A stretch of DNA of 44,578 nucleotides from assembly GCA_022562295.1 (NCBI GenBank), contig JADFPO010000002.1:21795-66372 (forward strand), given 5' to 3'. The DNA is from Gemmatimonadota bacterium. Its GTDB lineage: Bacteria; Gemmatimonadota; Gemmatimonadetes; Gemmatimonadales; GWC2-71-9. Below are positions 26,850-37,480 of this stretch, in pieces. The notes under the pieces were generated by a model, which saw nothing but the letters and a program-made list of their open reading frames with translations, was not told where the DNA came from and made no database searches. Position numbers and translations under genes: made by a program. Within the stretch, counting starts at the first letter, position 1. Every line of letters starts with the position of its first letter.

Positions 26850-27253
26850 CACCCTGGTAACATCGCACACGGTCCCACTCAGCGGGAGGGGTGGTATCAA
26901 GGGCGAACGAATTATCTACATCGCTTGCTAACATTTGTGGAAATTCCTCTATCATGTTTAATAACAATGGTTTATGTGTCTGTATGTAAAGTACAGTGTC
27001 TTTACATCATCGCGACATTATCTAGTCATCGCAGCCGTTCGAGTGGATTCTAGGTCGCTCGCTGGGCCCGCGGGCCCGACTATTCTGACTCGCGGCTTGC
27101 TGGGTGTCTTGGGCGTCGCCGCGCGATACGCAATACGAGGTGACGGGCTCGGCAGCTGGCACACAACCAGCGGCGCGCCAGCAGTTACCAACGCTCCCGT
27201 TGTTTGACGAAGGACTTGAGTGAGACGGGCCGAGGGTGTGGTACGCGTCGGCC

Positions 27254-28690
<1,437 letters not shown>

Positions 28691-28950
28691 TAGGAATCTA
28701 AGATGGAGCGCTTGGCTTGGCTACGGCCCAAGACCGTGGTGCGCTTGCGGATGGGGGATCGGGCGGGAAACTTAGACACCCTGCCCACGACTCTGTGAGT
28801 GACATGATGACAATGGGATGTCCCACAGCGGCGAGTCCGTTGCTCTTGATGGCAGGCCTCGTACCGGCCGGTCACGCTCAGACGCTCGGGCCGCGGCGGC
28901 CTGACGAACGAGATGCGTGGATGCCCAGGAAGAGAGGTAGGAACTAACAA

Positions 28951-29271
28951 GTGGCGCTTCCGCCTGGCGAGTTCATCCGGGCAATCCTGTTCAGGGGTTT
29001 GGTTATCTGGTTCGGCATGAAGCTGGTGGTGACGGCCGGAGCTGCGGCCCTGCGCCAATCCGGCGAAACTGAGTCCTGGTTACGAGTATTGCAGCTAACG
29101 CCATCTGCGGTCTTGCTTCTCACCGGCTTCGTCACGTGGCTAGTCATCATCGATGCTGGTCGTCGCAACGAGCTGTTGTTTCTTGCCAATCTTGGCGTAG
29201 CGCGGTACGTGATTGGGAGTCTGGCCGCGGTCCCGTCGATAACCTGTGAAATCATCATCGGACTGATGTGA
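28951..29271 (+). CDS. Small membrane protein (about 3 TM) coupled to an ABC ATPase
   Basis: Hydrophobic segments with a 'RRNELLFLANLG' loop. GTGA overlap with the ATPase gene. Confidence 0.65.
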   Translation: MALPPGEFIRAILFRGLVIWFGMKLVVTAGAAALRQSGETESWLRVLQLTPSAVLLLTGFVTWLVIIDAGRRNELLFLANLGVARYVIGSLAAVPSITCEIIIGLM

Positions 29272-29978
29272 CCGCCGCTCCCCTGCTCGTGGCCGAGTCG
29301 ATCGGCAAGACGTTCGGAACCCGACGTGTGTTGAACAGCGCGTCGCTCTGGGTGCGTTCGGGCGTCATCACCGTGGTGGTCGGCCGGAACGGAGAAGGTA
29401 AGTCTACCCTTCTCAAGATTGCCGCCGGCGTTTTGCGGCCCGATTTCGGCACGGTGCGGTATCGTGAGGAACACTTTGGGCGGGCCCGCCTCGCGAATCT
29501 GGCCTCAAAGGGGGTGTTCTTTCTACCAGAGCATCCTCTCCTTTGCACCTCGTTCACCGTGCGCGACCATCTGATGATGATTCAACGACGGTTCGGTGGT
29601 GGTGGTGCTGCCGACACCGCCGTCGAGTCGCTCGAAATCGGTGAATTGCTGGATCGCTCTCCTCAATCCCTGTCGCTCGGAGAGCGGCGACGCGCGGACA
29701 TTGCGCTTGCGGTGGCCAGACGGCCTGATTGCTTGCTAGCCGACGAGCCGTTTCTGCGGATCACGCCCAAAGATGCTGAAGCCGTCGCGGATGTATTCCG
29801 CGCACTCGCCACTGCGGGCTGCGCGATCGCGCTCACCGGCCATGAAGTTCCGATGCTGTTCGACGTCGCCGACGAGGTGTCTTGGATGACAGCGGGAACC
29901 ACTCACCCGCTCGGCAGTCCCGACAACGCCCGAGAACATCACCAGTTTGGTCGTGAATATCTTGGCATCGGACTGTGA
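29268..29978 (+). CDS. ABC transporter ATP-binding protein
   Basis: Walker A GRNGEGKST, signature LSLGE, Walker B LLADEP, H-loop TGH. Confidence 0.92.
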   Translation: MTAAPLLVAESIGKTFGTRRVLNSASLWVRSGVITVVVGRNGEGKSTLLKIAAGVLRPDFGTVRYREEHFGRARLANLASKGVFFLPEHPLLCTSFTVRDHLMMIQRRFGGGGAADTAVESLEIGELLDRSPQSLSLGERRRADIALAVARRPDCLLADEPFLRITPKDAEAVADVFRALATAGCAIALTGHEVPMLFDVADEVSWMTAGTTHPLGSPDNAREHHQFGREYLGIGL

Positions 29979-30048
29979 GCGGATACGGAGGCCTGCCATG
30001 TGGCGCGAGCTTGGTCTCGAGGCAGAGAAGCCAAAGGGGGCCGTTGTC

Positions 30049-31029
30049 ATGCTTCGTGTAACTACTTTACCCGCCGCGTTGATGACCGGCGTGGCGATCT
30101 TGGCCGGCTGTGCTCGCGACGGTGCCGCGGACGACGCCGCGGCTTTACAGGAGTTGCCAACCATCGACCGTTCTGAGCTCTTGGCAGATCTCGCGGCATT
30201 GGCTGACGATTCACTCCAGGGTCGGCTGGTCGGATCCCGCGGCAATAGCGTGGCCCGCGGGATGATTGTCGAGAGATTCACCCGACTCGGTCTCAGTTCA
30301 TTCGGTGACGATTTCACGACGTCGTTTGCTGTGCAACGAAACGGCGTCTCGCTCACTGGCGTGAACGCGGTCGGATACATCGAGGGAAGCTCCGATCCGG
30401 ATCGATACATCGTCATAACAGCCCACTACGATCATCTCGGGATCCGAGCCGGTGAGATCTACAACGGGGCGGATGACAACGGGTCCGGCACGGCGGCTCT
30501 GTTGGCGTTGGCCGCGTACTTTACCGAACACCGGCCGCGAAATTCGATCATCTTCCTGGCCGTTGACGCGGAGGAAGGAGGGGGGGGGTTAACGGGCGCG
30601 CGTGCGTTTGTTTCGACTCCCCCACCCGCCGTTTCGTTGGAGCACATCGCCGCCAACGTCAACATGGACATGATCAGCCACAGCGATGATGAACTCTACG
30701 TGGCAGGCACCTATCACTACCCCTTCTTGAAGTCCTATGTCGATCGCATCGGTAAGGCCGCGGGGATCACGCTCGTGTTCGGCCATGACAGTCCCGATTT
30801 AGGAGACAATGACTGGACGCACGCGTCGGACCATGCGCCGTTTCACGAGGCCGGCATTCCGTTCTTGTATTTCGGCGTCGAGGACCACGTGGATTATCAC
30901 CAGCCGACTGACGAGTTCGACCGCATCAACCAAGACTTCTACGTCAAGGCCGTTACCGCCATACTGCGGGTCGTCCTGGAGCTGGACCGAGACCTCGACC
31001 CGGTCGCGCTCGAGCGAGAGCGTCGCTAG
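30049..31029 (+). CDS. M28 family metallopeptidase, probable lipoprotein
   Basis: Lipobox LAGC. AHYDH, GADDNGSG, AEE, NMDM, SDH and YHQPTD motifs. Start set at ATG 30049. Confidence 0.92.
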   Translation: MLRVTTLPAALMTGVAILAGCARDGAADDAAALQELPTIDRSELLADLAALADDSLQGRLVGSRGNSVARGMIVERFTRLGLSSFGDDFTTSFAVQRNGVSLTGVNAVGYIEGSSDPDRYIVITAHYDHLGIRAGEIYNGADDNGSGTAALLALAAYFTEHRPRNSIIFLAVDAEEGGGGLTGARAFVSTPPPAVSLEHIAANVNMDMISHSDDELYVAGTYHYPFLKSYVDRIGKAAGITLVFGHDSPDLGDNDWTHASDHAPFHEAGIPFLYFGVEDHVDYHQPTDEFDRINQDFYVKAVTAILRVVLELDRDLDPVALERERR

Positions 31030-31111
31030 TAGCCTGGGGGTTCGGACTTAGCGGTCGCCGTAACCTCGGACTGAGTAGCCTACCAGCCATAGTTGAGAGG
31101 AGTGACGTACG

Positions 31112-31690
31112 TTGAGCCTGAAGCGATGCGGGTGGCCTGGCAACGACGAATTGATGATCGCGTATCACGACGAGGAATGGGGCGTCCCGGTCCATGACGA
31201 TCGAAAGCTCTTCGAGTTCCTCGTGCTCGACGCTTTTCAGGCCGGATTGAGTTGGTCGACGATTCTCAACAAACGGGAGAATTTCCGGCAGGCGTTCGAC
31301 AACTTTGATGCCACTCGAATCGCCGGCTATAAGAAGAGAAAAATTTCGCAGCTGCTGGCCGATGCCGGGATCGTGCGCAACCGACTCAAGGTGCACGCCA
31401 CGATTTCGAATGCGGCTGCCTTTCTCCAGGTGCAGAAGGAATTCGGCGCGTTTGACGCCTATGTCTGGGGGTTGGTAGGTGGCGAGCCCAGACAGAACTC
31501 ATGGAAAACACTGAAGCAGATTCCTGCCAATACGCCGGACTCGGATCGCATGAGCCAGGATCTCAAAGACCGAGGCTTCAAGTTCGTCGGCAGCACGATT
31601 TGCTACGCGTTCATGCAGGCAGCCGGCATGGTAAACGACCACGAAGTCGGGTGCTACCGCCACAGACAAATCACATCGCTGTCCCAGTGA
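31112..31690 (+). CDS. tag: DNA-3-methyladenine glycosylase I
   Basis: RCGW, YHDEEWG, QAGLSW, GIVRNRLK, GFKFVG, GMVNDH...C. Confidence 0.96.
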   Translation: MSLKRCGWPGNDELMIAYHDEEWGVPVHDDRKLFEFLVLDAFQAGLSWSTILNKRENFRQAFDNFDATRIAGYKKRKISQLLADAGIVRNRLKVHATISNAAAFLQVQKEFGAFDAYVWGLVGGEPRQNSWKTLKQIPANTPDSDRMSQDLKDRGFKFVGSTICYAFMQAAGMVNDHEVGCYRHRQITSLSQ

Positions 31691-32406
31691 ATCGCCGCGA
31701 CTCCAGGTTCGACGTCCCCGAGGCTAAGTGTTCGGTTTCGGCGCTGCTCCTGCTGCCCGCGGACGCTCGTGTCGTGTATGTCTTGGGTCACGGTGCCGGT
31801 GCAGGCATGCATCACGTGTTTCTAGAGACGATCGCGGTGATGCTCGCCGAGCTGGATGTCGGCACGTTTCGATATCAGTTCCCCTATATGGAGTTGGGTA
31901 AGAAACGCCCCGATTATCATCGAGTGCTGCACGGAACGGTGCGCGCGGCGCTGAGGGCGGCTGCGGCTGCTGCACCGGGGCTACCTATTGTGGCGGGTGG
32001 TAAGTCCATGGGTGGGCGCATGACCTCGCTGGTTCAATCCGTAGCGCCGCAGCCGGGAGTGGCGGGACTGGTTTTCTTGGGGTTCCCGCTGCACGCACCC
32101 AACCAGCCGAGTGCCGAGCGCGGCGACCACCTTCGCGATGTGAAGGTGCCGATGCTTTTCCTTCAGGGTACGCGTGACAAGTTGGCTGACCTGTCCTTGC
32201 TCGCGCCCCTGATCGACAAGTTGGGATCCAACGCCACGTTGCACGCGGTAGCAGGGGGCGATCACTCCTTCAAGGTGCTAAAACGCTCGGGCCGCACCGA
32301 GAGCGACGTGTTCGAAGAGATGGCCGATACCATCCGGCGTTGGACGGCTAGAGCGTTCCTTTTGGATTTTCCCATGCATCGAGCGTCTTCGGCCAGTCCC
32401 CTTTGA
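31687..32406 (+). CDS. Alpha/beta hydrolase (KANL3/Tex30-like)
   Basis: [11 protein letters not shown] nucleophile elbow, GFPLH, QGTRD, GDHS. GTGA overlap with tag. Confidence 0.88.
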   Translation: MNRRDSRFDVPEAKCSVSALLLLPADARVVYVLGHGAGAGMHHVFLETIAVMLAELDVGTFRYQFPYMELGKKRPDYHRVLHGTVRAALRAAAAAAPGLPIVAGGKSMGGRMTSLVQSVAPQPGVAGLVFLGFPLHAPNQPSAERGDHLRDVKVPMLFLQGTRDKLADLSLLAPLIDKLGSNATLHAVAGGDHSFKVLKRSGRTESDVFEEMADTIRRWTARAFLLDFPMHRASSASPL

Positions 32407-33250
32407 GGAGTCGGGAGAGGGCGCGGTCCGCAAGCATTTTGCCTCCGGTCTGGCACCGAGCGCAGTAGTTCGTTTCATTTTCAGCGAACACGATGCGTTG
32501 AATCGGAGCCCCGCACACTGGGCACGGCTGGCCGAATCGTCCGTGGGCCGCCATGCCCTCCCGAAACGCCGTGACCTTTTCCGGGAATCCGCTCCCCACC
32601 TCGTCCCGAATTCGGCGCGTCCACTCCTCTAGGGTGGCCAGCGTTTGCTCGTGCAAACGCGAAACCTCATCATCGGTCAGTTGGTTCGTGCGTTTGAGCG
32701 GGGACAGACGGGCCGCATGCAAGATCTCGTCGGAATACGCGTTACCGATGCCGCTGAACAAGCGAGGATCCGTCAGCGCGCGTTTGAGGGTATGGTTCTC
32801 GCGCGTCAACGCCTCGCGAAAGGCTTCCAACGCGCATCCCACGACCTCGATGCCCCCTGGATCGTGTTGGAGGAGATTATCATCGCCGCGCACAACGTGA
32901 ATGGATGCGCGTTTCTTCGTTCCGGCTTCAGTGAGAAGCAGCGTCCCCCGAGGGAAATCAAACGCAGCCAATCCGAGTTTCTTAGGAATTTTTTGGTTGC
33001 GCCGACGCCATCGGAACCGGCCGGCAATCATGAGGTGTACGACCAAAAAGAATTCGTCTCCGAATCCGAACACGATGCGCTTGCCCAGGCGCCGGACCGC
33101 TTGGACGGTCTTCCCTTCCAACTCCTGAATGGGCGGATCGACCGATCGCAGGACGAACGGGCTCGAGAGGCGCACCGCCACGAGGGGTTGGCCCACGAGG
33201 TATCGCCGAAGCGACTCGACGTAGATGACGACATCAGGCAGTTCGGGCAT
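32348..33250 (-). CDS. Fpg/Nei family DNA glycosylase/AP lyase
   Basis: N-terminal MPELPDV, HLM..G, H2TH GIGNAYSDEIL, Zn finger CPVC...CARC. Confidence 0.93.
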   Translation of the reverse strand: MPELPDVVIYVESLRRYLVGQPLVAVRLSSPFVLRSVDPPIQELEGKTVQAVRRLGKRIVFGFGDEFFLVVHLMIAGRFRWRRRNQKIPKKLGLAAFDFPRGTLLLTEAGTKKRASIHVVRGDDNLLQHDPGGIEVVGCALEAFREALTRENHTLKRALTDPRLFSGIGNAYSDEILHAARLSPLKRTNQLTDDEVSRLHEQTLATLEEWTRRIRDEVGSGFPEKVTAFREGMAAHGRFGQPCPVCGAPIQRIVFAENETNYCARCQTGGKMLADRALSRLLKGDWPKTLDAWENPKGTL

Positions 33251-33442
33251 GGTCTCGCGCTCTAGCAGTGCTGCGTGGGTGGCCCCCGCAAGGGGTGACG
33301 AAGGGGTTGTGTGGTATTGTGGGGTTCGAGGCCATGGAGGCGCAGTGTACTACAATCCTACGGGAGGTGGGGAGTGATATCGGCATCGGATGTTCGCCAG
33401 CGCTTGCGCAGCGCTGTCATTCAGTTTGGCGGAGGTCGAACT

Positions 33443-33919
33443 ATGGACGAGCGTGATGCGCGCGGGGAGAAAGCGTTGGCCAGTTTGTTGGCGGGCCTGG
33501 AGGAGTTGAACCGTGCCCGAGAGCGTGGCGAGATTGAAGACCACCGCTCAGTCGAACGGATGTATCACCGTCCGTCGACACGTCTCGCCGTGTACGGCTC
33601 GCTGGCTCCGGGTGAGGTTAACCACCACGTCATCGAAACCGTTGCCGGCAATTGGGAGCGTGGCTTCGTCCGCGGCGAGGTCCAGATGAAGGGTTGGGGT
33701 AGTCATGTGGGCTTTCCGGGATTGACGTGGCTTCCGAGTCGGGGCGAGCAGGTTCCCGTGCGACTCTTAACTTCTCGGGAGCTACCCGCGCATTGGAGCC
33801 GCATCGACGAATTCGAAGGACGTGACTACGTGAGAATTCTTGTCCTGGTGGAGGGTGTGCGGGACGATCCCCTGGTCACCAATCTCTACCAGATCCGCTC
33901 CCCCACCCCGCGGCCGTGA
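33443..33919 (+). CDS. Gamma-glutamylcyclotransferase-like protein
   Basis: AVYGSL.PG..N and D.FEG..Y.R motifs. SD GGAGG before ATG 33443. Confidence 0.8.
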   Translation: MDERDARGEKALASLLAGLEELNRARERGEIEDHRSVERMYHRPSTRLAVYGSLAPGEVNHHVIETVAGNWERGFVRGEVQMKGWGSHVGFPGLTWLPSRGEQVPVRLLTSRELPAHWSRIDEFEGRDYVRILVLVEGVRDDPLVTNLYQIRSPTPRP

Positions 33920-33960
33920 TGCGCGTGCCTCCGAGGCCGGCGCGCCGGGGATCTGTTAGG

Positions 33961-34524
33961 TCACAGCGTACCTACCTCGACGGGCGCGTATCGAAGTGCA
34001 GGATCGCCGTAGCGGCCCTTCTCCGAGTAGTGCTTGTTCCACTCTTCGTTGAGGCAAAACGGGTCCAGGTCCGTGGCGCGATCGACTGCAAGCACTCCAT
34101 CGAGATGATCGATCTCGTGCTGGAGCAACTCGGCGAGCGGGCCTTCTGCCTCGACGGCGCGTTGTTCGCCGCGGCCGTCGAAATAGTTGACCTTGATCCG
34201 ATAGGCTCGCTGCACCTTCACGTTCAGATCGGGGAAGCAGCAGCAGTCGTCCCATACCAGGAAGTCTTCGGTGCCGACGTCCACGATCTCCGGGTTGACC
34301 AACAACCAGGGCTCGTCCAATTCGATATAGATCATGCGCATGGGGGCCCCGATTTGGGGCGCGGCAATACCTCTGCCGATGCCGTGGCGGGCTTTCAGAT
34401 CCCTCAGCGTCTCCTTGAGTTCGGTAGCGACCAGCCTCGCGGCCGGCGACCTTGGGTTGTCCACAGGCTCGCTGCGGGTTCGCAGGATGGGATCACCCAA
34501 CAAGCGGATTCGATGTATTGTCAT
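33961..34524 (-). CDS. def: Peptide deformylase (atypical motif 2)
   Basis: GDPILR, G.GIAAPQIG and QHEIDHLDG are present. Motif 2 reads DDCCC instead of EGCLS. Confidence 0.88.
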   Translation of the reverse strand: MTIHRIRLLGDPILRTRSEPVDNPRSPAARLVATELKETLRDLKARHGIGRGIAAPQIGAPMRMIYIELDEPWLLVNPEIVDVGTEDFLVWDDCCCFPDLNVKVQRAYRIKVNYFDGRGEQRAVEAEGPLAELLQHEIDHLDGVLAVDRATDLDPFCLNEEWNKHYSEKGRYGDPALRYAPVEVGTL

Positions 34525-34569
34525 GCTCGACCCCATGGTTTTTGTGGACCCCCAATCTAGGAAACTTGG

Positions 34570-35187
34570 ATGATTGCGGCCACCGTGATTTCCGCCGGGA
34601 CGTCGTCTCGAATGGGCTACCCCAAGGCCCTGCTAGAATTCCACGGACGCACTTTCCTCGAGACCATTCTGGACGCCATGCGGGCGGTTGGGGTGCAGCG
34701 TCGTGTCGTCGTGCTCGGGCCGGACGCCGATAAGATATTGAAACATATTGACTTACGTGACACGACCGTGGTGTCGACCGAACGCCTCGACGCAGGTCCG
34801 ATCGGGTCCATCCGGGCTGCAATTCGGGAGGTGCAAGCCCATCCCGTGGACGGCCTGTTGGTGTGGCCGGTAGATATGCCGCAAGTGACGATCGCCACTG
34901 TCGAGACGCTGCTGGAGCGGTTCCTCACCTCCGATCGTGTCATCGCCGTGCCGGAGTTCGACGGCACCCGTGGCCACCCGGTGATCTTCGGCCGGGCTAC
35001 GTTTCAGGAACTCCTCGACGCCCCCGACTCAGAGGGCGCGAGGTCGGTCGTGCGAGCGGATTCCGGTCGCGTGGTCACGGTTTCAGTGCCCGACCGGGGG
35101 GTCGTTGAGGACCACAACACGCCGTCAGAATATCGACGGCTGATTACACGGCATGACGCGGCGCGGGAGCGGGGCTCATCCACTTAG
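34570..35187 (+). CDS. MocA/MobA-like NTP transferase
   Basis: AG.SSRMG.PKAL, VDMP, GHPV.F, D.GAR. Confidence 0.88.
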   Translation: MIAATVISAGTSSRMGYPKALLEFHGRTFLETILDAMRAVGVQRRVVVLGPDADKILKHIDLRDTTVVSTERLDAGPIGSIRAAIREVQAHPVDGLLVWPVDMPQVTIATVETLLERFLTSDRVIAVPEFDGTRGHPVIFGRATFQELLDAPDSEGARSVVRADSGRVVTVSVPDRGVVEDHNTPSEYRRLITRHDAARERGSST

Positions 35188-35221
35188 GCGCTGGTTCGGG
35201 GCCTCCCCCTCAGATGACGGC

Positions 35222-36535
35222 TCAGCCCCCCGCCCCAATCGGCACCGCGCCGGTATCGCCCCCGCCCCCCGCCCGCGGTACACCGATCACCCTCATCTTC
35301 ATGACGTACTGCACGTCGAGTTCGTCGCGCCACACGCCGTACACCTGGTCTCCGACGAACCGTAGCGGCTGATATCGCTCCGGCATCGTGACGACCCCCA
35401 GGTACCGTCCCTCCGCGTCGAACACATCCCAGTCTGGAGCGCCCATACCGAATCCGAGTTGCGGGTTGAGGTTTTCCCTTTGCTCTTCGGTGAGGTTGCT
35501 GGGTGGATTCAAGTGTTGCACCCAGAGACTCTGAGCCGGGCCGCTCAGGAACTGGAGGTAAACCGGGAAAAACTGCTCGTAGCTGATGGCGGAACGAAGC
35601 TGGCTGAGGGCAGCCCGCGGCACGCCGGCGTTGGTCCAGGCTCGCTCGAGCGCCTCGGTGAAGACGTCTTCGTCGGTGCCGGTGACCTCTTGCCGCTCGA
35701 AGTCCTTGGCGATGACCCGTTCGAGCCGGCCGGCATGATCGTACATGCCGATTCGGTAATCATCGTTCACCCCGAACAGAATGTGCCCATCGGGGGCGAG
35801 TGCCCAGGCCGGCTCGGCCGAAAAGAAATGAAACTCCGGCCGTCCCCCGGCCACGGAAAAGGTTCTCCCGGCTGGAATGCTGAGCAGGGTGTCGAGGATG
35901 GTGCCATCCGAGTCACGCTCGACGATGGCGTCCATCGTATCCGGCTCCGCGACCTGGCCCGGGAGTGGAAAATGCCTGATATGCGAAACGAGCCTGCCAG
36001 AGTCGTTGACCTCCCACCGAAGGGGAATCCCCTGAGTCAGGTCGAGCCGGAAACTGCCGAGCGCCTCGCCCGCCGGAGAGAAACGAACCACGCGCTGGTT
36101 CGCCAGATCGGGCACGAAGATGGTGTCGCCCGCGCCAACCAACAGCGGGCCGGCCCCTTGAGCGCCCAACTCTCCGGGACCGCTGCCGGGCCTGCCGAAC
36201 TTGTTCTCGAGCAGACCGTCCGGACTGAACACTCGAACCTCAGCTGCCTGCTGATCCAGCACGAAGATCCGACCGTCAGAGGCCACGCCGATGCCCGAGA
36301 TTTGGCCGAACTGGTAATCGGGGTCCCCCTCGGTGGTTCCGATCCGCAGGTCCTCGACGACCGTCCACCGGCTGGACTGGGTCCAAGTGCCCTCTTGTGG
36401 GTTGGAGACGATCGCCACACCCGCACTGTCGATAACGGTCCCGACCCATTCCAGCGAGTCGCCCCCGCCCCCGCCCCCGCAGGCTCCGAGCACTGCCGTG
36501 CCCAAGGCCGCGAGTGCAATTCGTGCCGATGTCAT
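35222..36535 (-). CDS. Six-bladed beta-propeller lipoprotein
   Basis: Lipobox LGAC. NHL-like blades (G.IFVLD, FG..G.GPGE). C-terminal WDVFD..G.YLG and RDELDV.YV. Confidence 0.85.
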   Translation of the reverse strand: MTSARIALAALGTAVLGACGGGGGGDSLEWVGTVIDSAGVAIVSNPQEGTWTQSSRWTVVEDLRIGTTEGDPDYQFGQISGIGVASDGRIFVLDQQAAEVRVFSPDGLLENKFGRPGSGPGELGAQGAGPLLVGAGDTIFVPDLANQRVVRFSPAGEALGSFRLDLTQGIPLRWEVNDSGRLVSHIRHFPLPGQVAEPDTMDAIVERDSDGTILDTLLSIPAGRTFSVAGGRPEFHFFSAEPAWALAPDGHILFGVNDDYRIGMYDHAGRLERVIAKDFERQEVTGTDEDVFTEALERAWTNAGVPRAALSQLRSAISYEQFFPVYLQFLSGPAQSLWVQHLNPPSNLTEEQRENLNPQLGFGMGAPDWDVFDAEGRYLGVVTMPERYQPLRFVGDQVYGVWRDELDVQYVMKMRVIGVPRAGGGGDTGAVPIGAGG

Positions 36536-36802
36536 GGTTTCTCTCCAAGGAAGACGCCTAGGTGTGGCCGCAATTAACGGACTCAGGTGTTTCGGAACAA
36601 CGGCCGAGGCCGCGAGCGGTCATTTCCCATGTGTGGGCGGACGAGTTCCGGTGTGAGATCGCTAACTCGTTTATTAATAACCACTTAGAGTTGCTGCCTA
36701 CTCGTACCGATGGAGCCGCGCGGTTTCGGGATACAATTCGCCAACAAAATCGTTAAATTAGTTGCGTTAACCACCACCAACCACACTTGGGAATGAGTGT
36801 CT

Positions 36803-37480
36803 ATGGATGCCATTGCTCCCGGCCTCGCTGGCCAAAAGGGACTTCGCGGAGAGATCATCCTCGAGCTGAAGAAGGCGCAACCACTTACTGCCAAAGCGCT
36901 TGCACAGGTGTTCGAGGTATCGGCGAACGCCGTTCGGAGGCATTTGAAGGAACTCGAGGTGGAGGGGTTGGTTGGTTATGGGCGGGAGCAAAGGGGCGCC
37001 GGAGCCCCCGCCTTCGCCTATCGGCTGACCCGGGCGGGCGAAGCGCTGTTTCCCAACATCTACGAGGAAGCGGTGACGCGACTCATCGGGCATGTCATCG
37101 AAGCGGAGGGCCGGGAGGCCGCCCTCGGTGTAGTCGAGGAGCAGTTCTCGGATCTTCGAAGGCGTCTCGATAGCAACCTAGAGACATTCACGCCATTGGA
37201 CCGGTTGAAAACGGTTGCCGACGTGATGGAAGAAGCGGGGTTCATGGCCGACTCATCGCACGTGGATGGCGAAATGCGGCTGTCGATCCACAACTGCGTC
37301 TTACACGCGGTGGCGACGTGTTTGCCGGAAGTGTGCGACACCGAGTTGCAGTTTCTGGAAGACGCGCTTGGCGCTCACGTGGAGCGGCGCAGTCACATCA
37401 TGAGTGGATGTAACGCCTGCGAATACAGCATCGACTTCGGCGCCACCGCGCCGGCTAACCGGACAGGAGCCGCCGCATGA
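36803..37480 (+). CDS. sufR: SufR-like winged-helix Fe-S transcriptional regulator
   Basis: wHTH 'T...LA.....S.NAVRRHL..L...GLV', C-terminal NC-X12-C...C. Heads the suf operon with an ATGA overlap. Confidence 0.85.
   Translation: MDAIAPGLAGQKGLRGEIILELKKAQPLTAKALAQVFEVSANAVRRHLKELEVEGLVGYGREQRGAGAPAFAYRLTRAGEALFPNIYEEAVTRLIGHVIEAEGREAALGVVEEQFSDLRRRLDSNLETFTPLDRLKTVADVMEEAGFMADSSHVDGEMRLSIHNCVLHAVATCLPEVCDTELQFLEDALGAHVERRSHIMSGCNACEYSIDFGATAPANRTGAAA

Noticed and set aside
26974-27207. 77-aa plus-strand ORF between rnd and thiC
   Set aside because: No SD, no recognisable motif, and it starts within the AT-rich regulatory island.
33283-33418. Hairpins CCCC-GCAA-GGGG and CAGCGC-N7-GCGCTG as an ncRNA
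   Set aside because: Short GC stems are expected by chance and match no RNA family I recognise.
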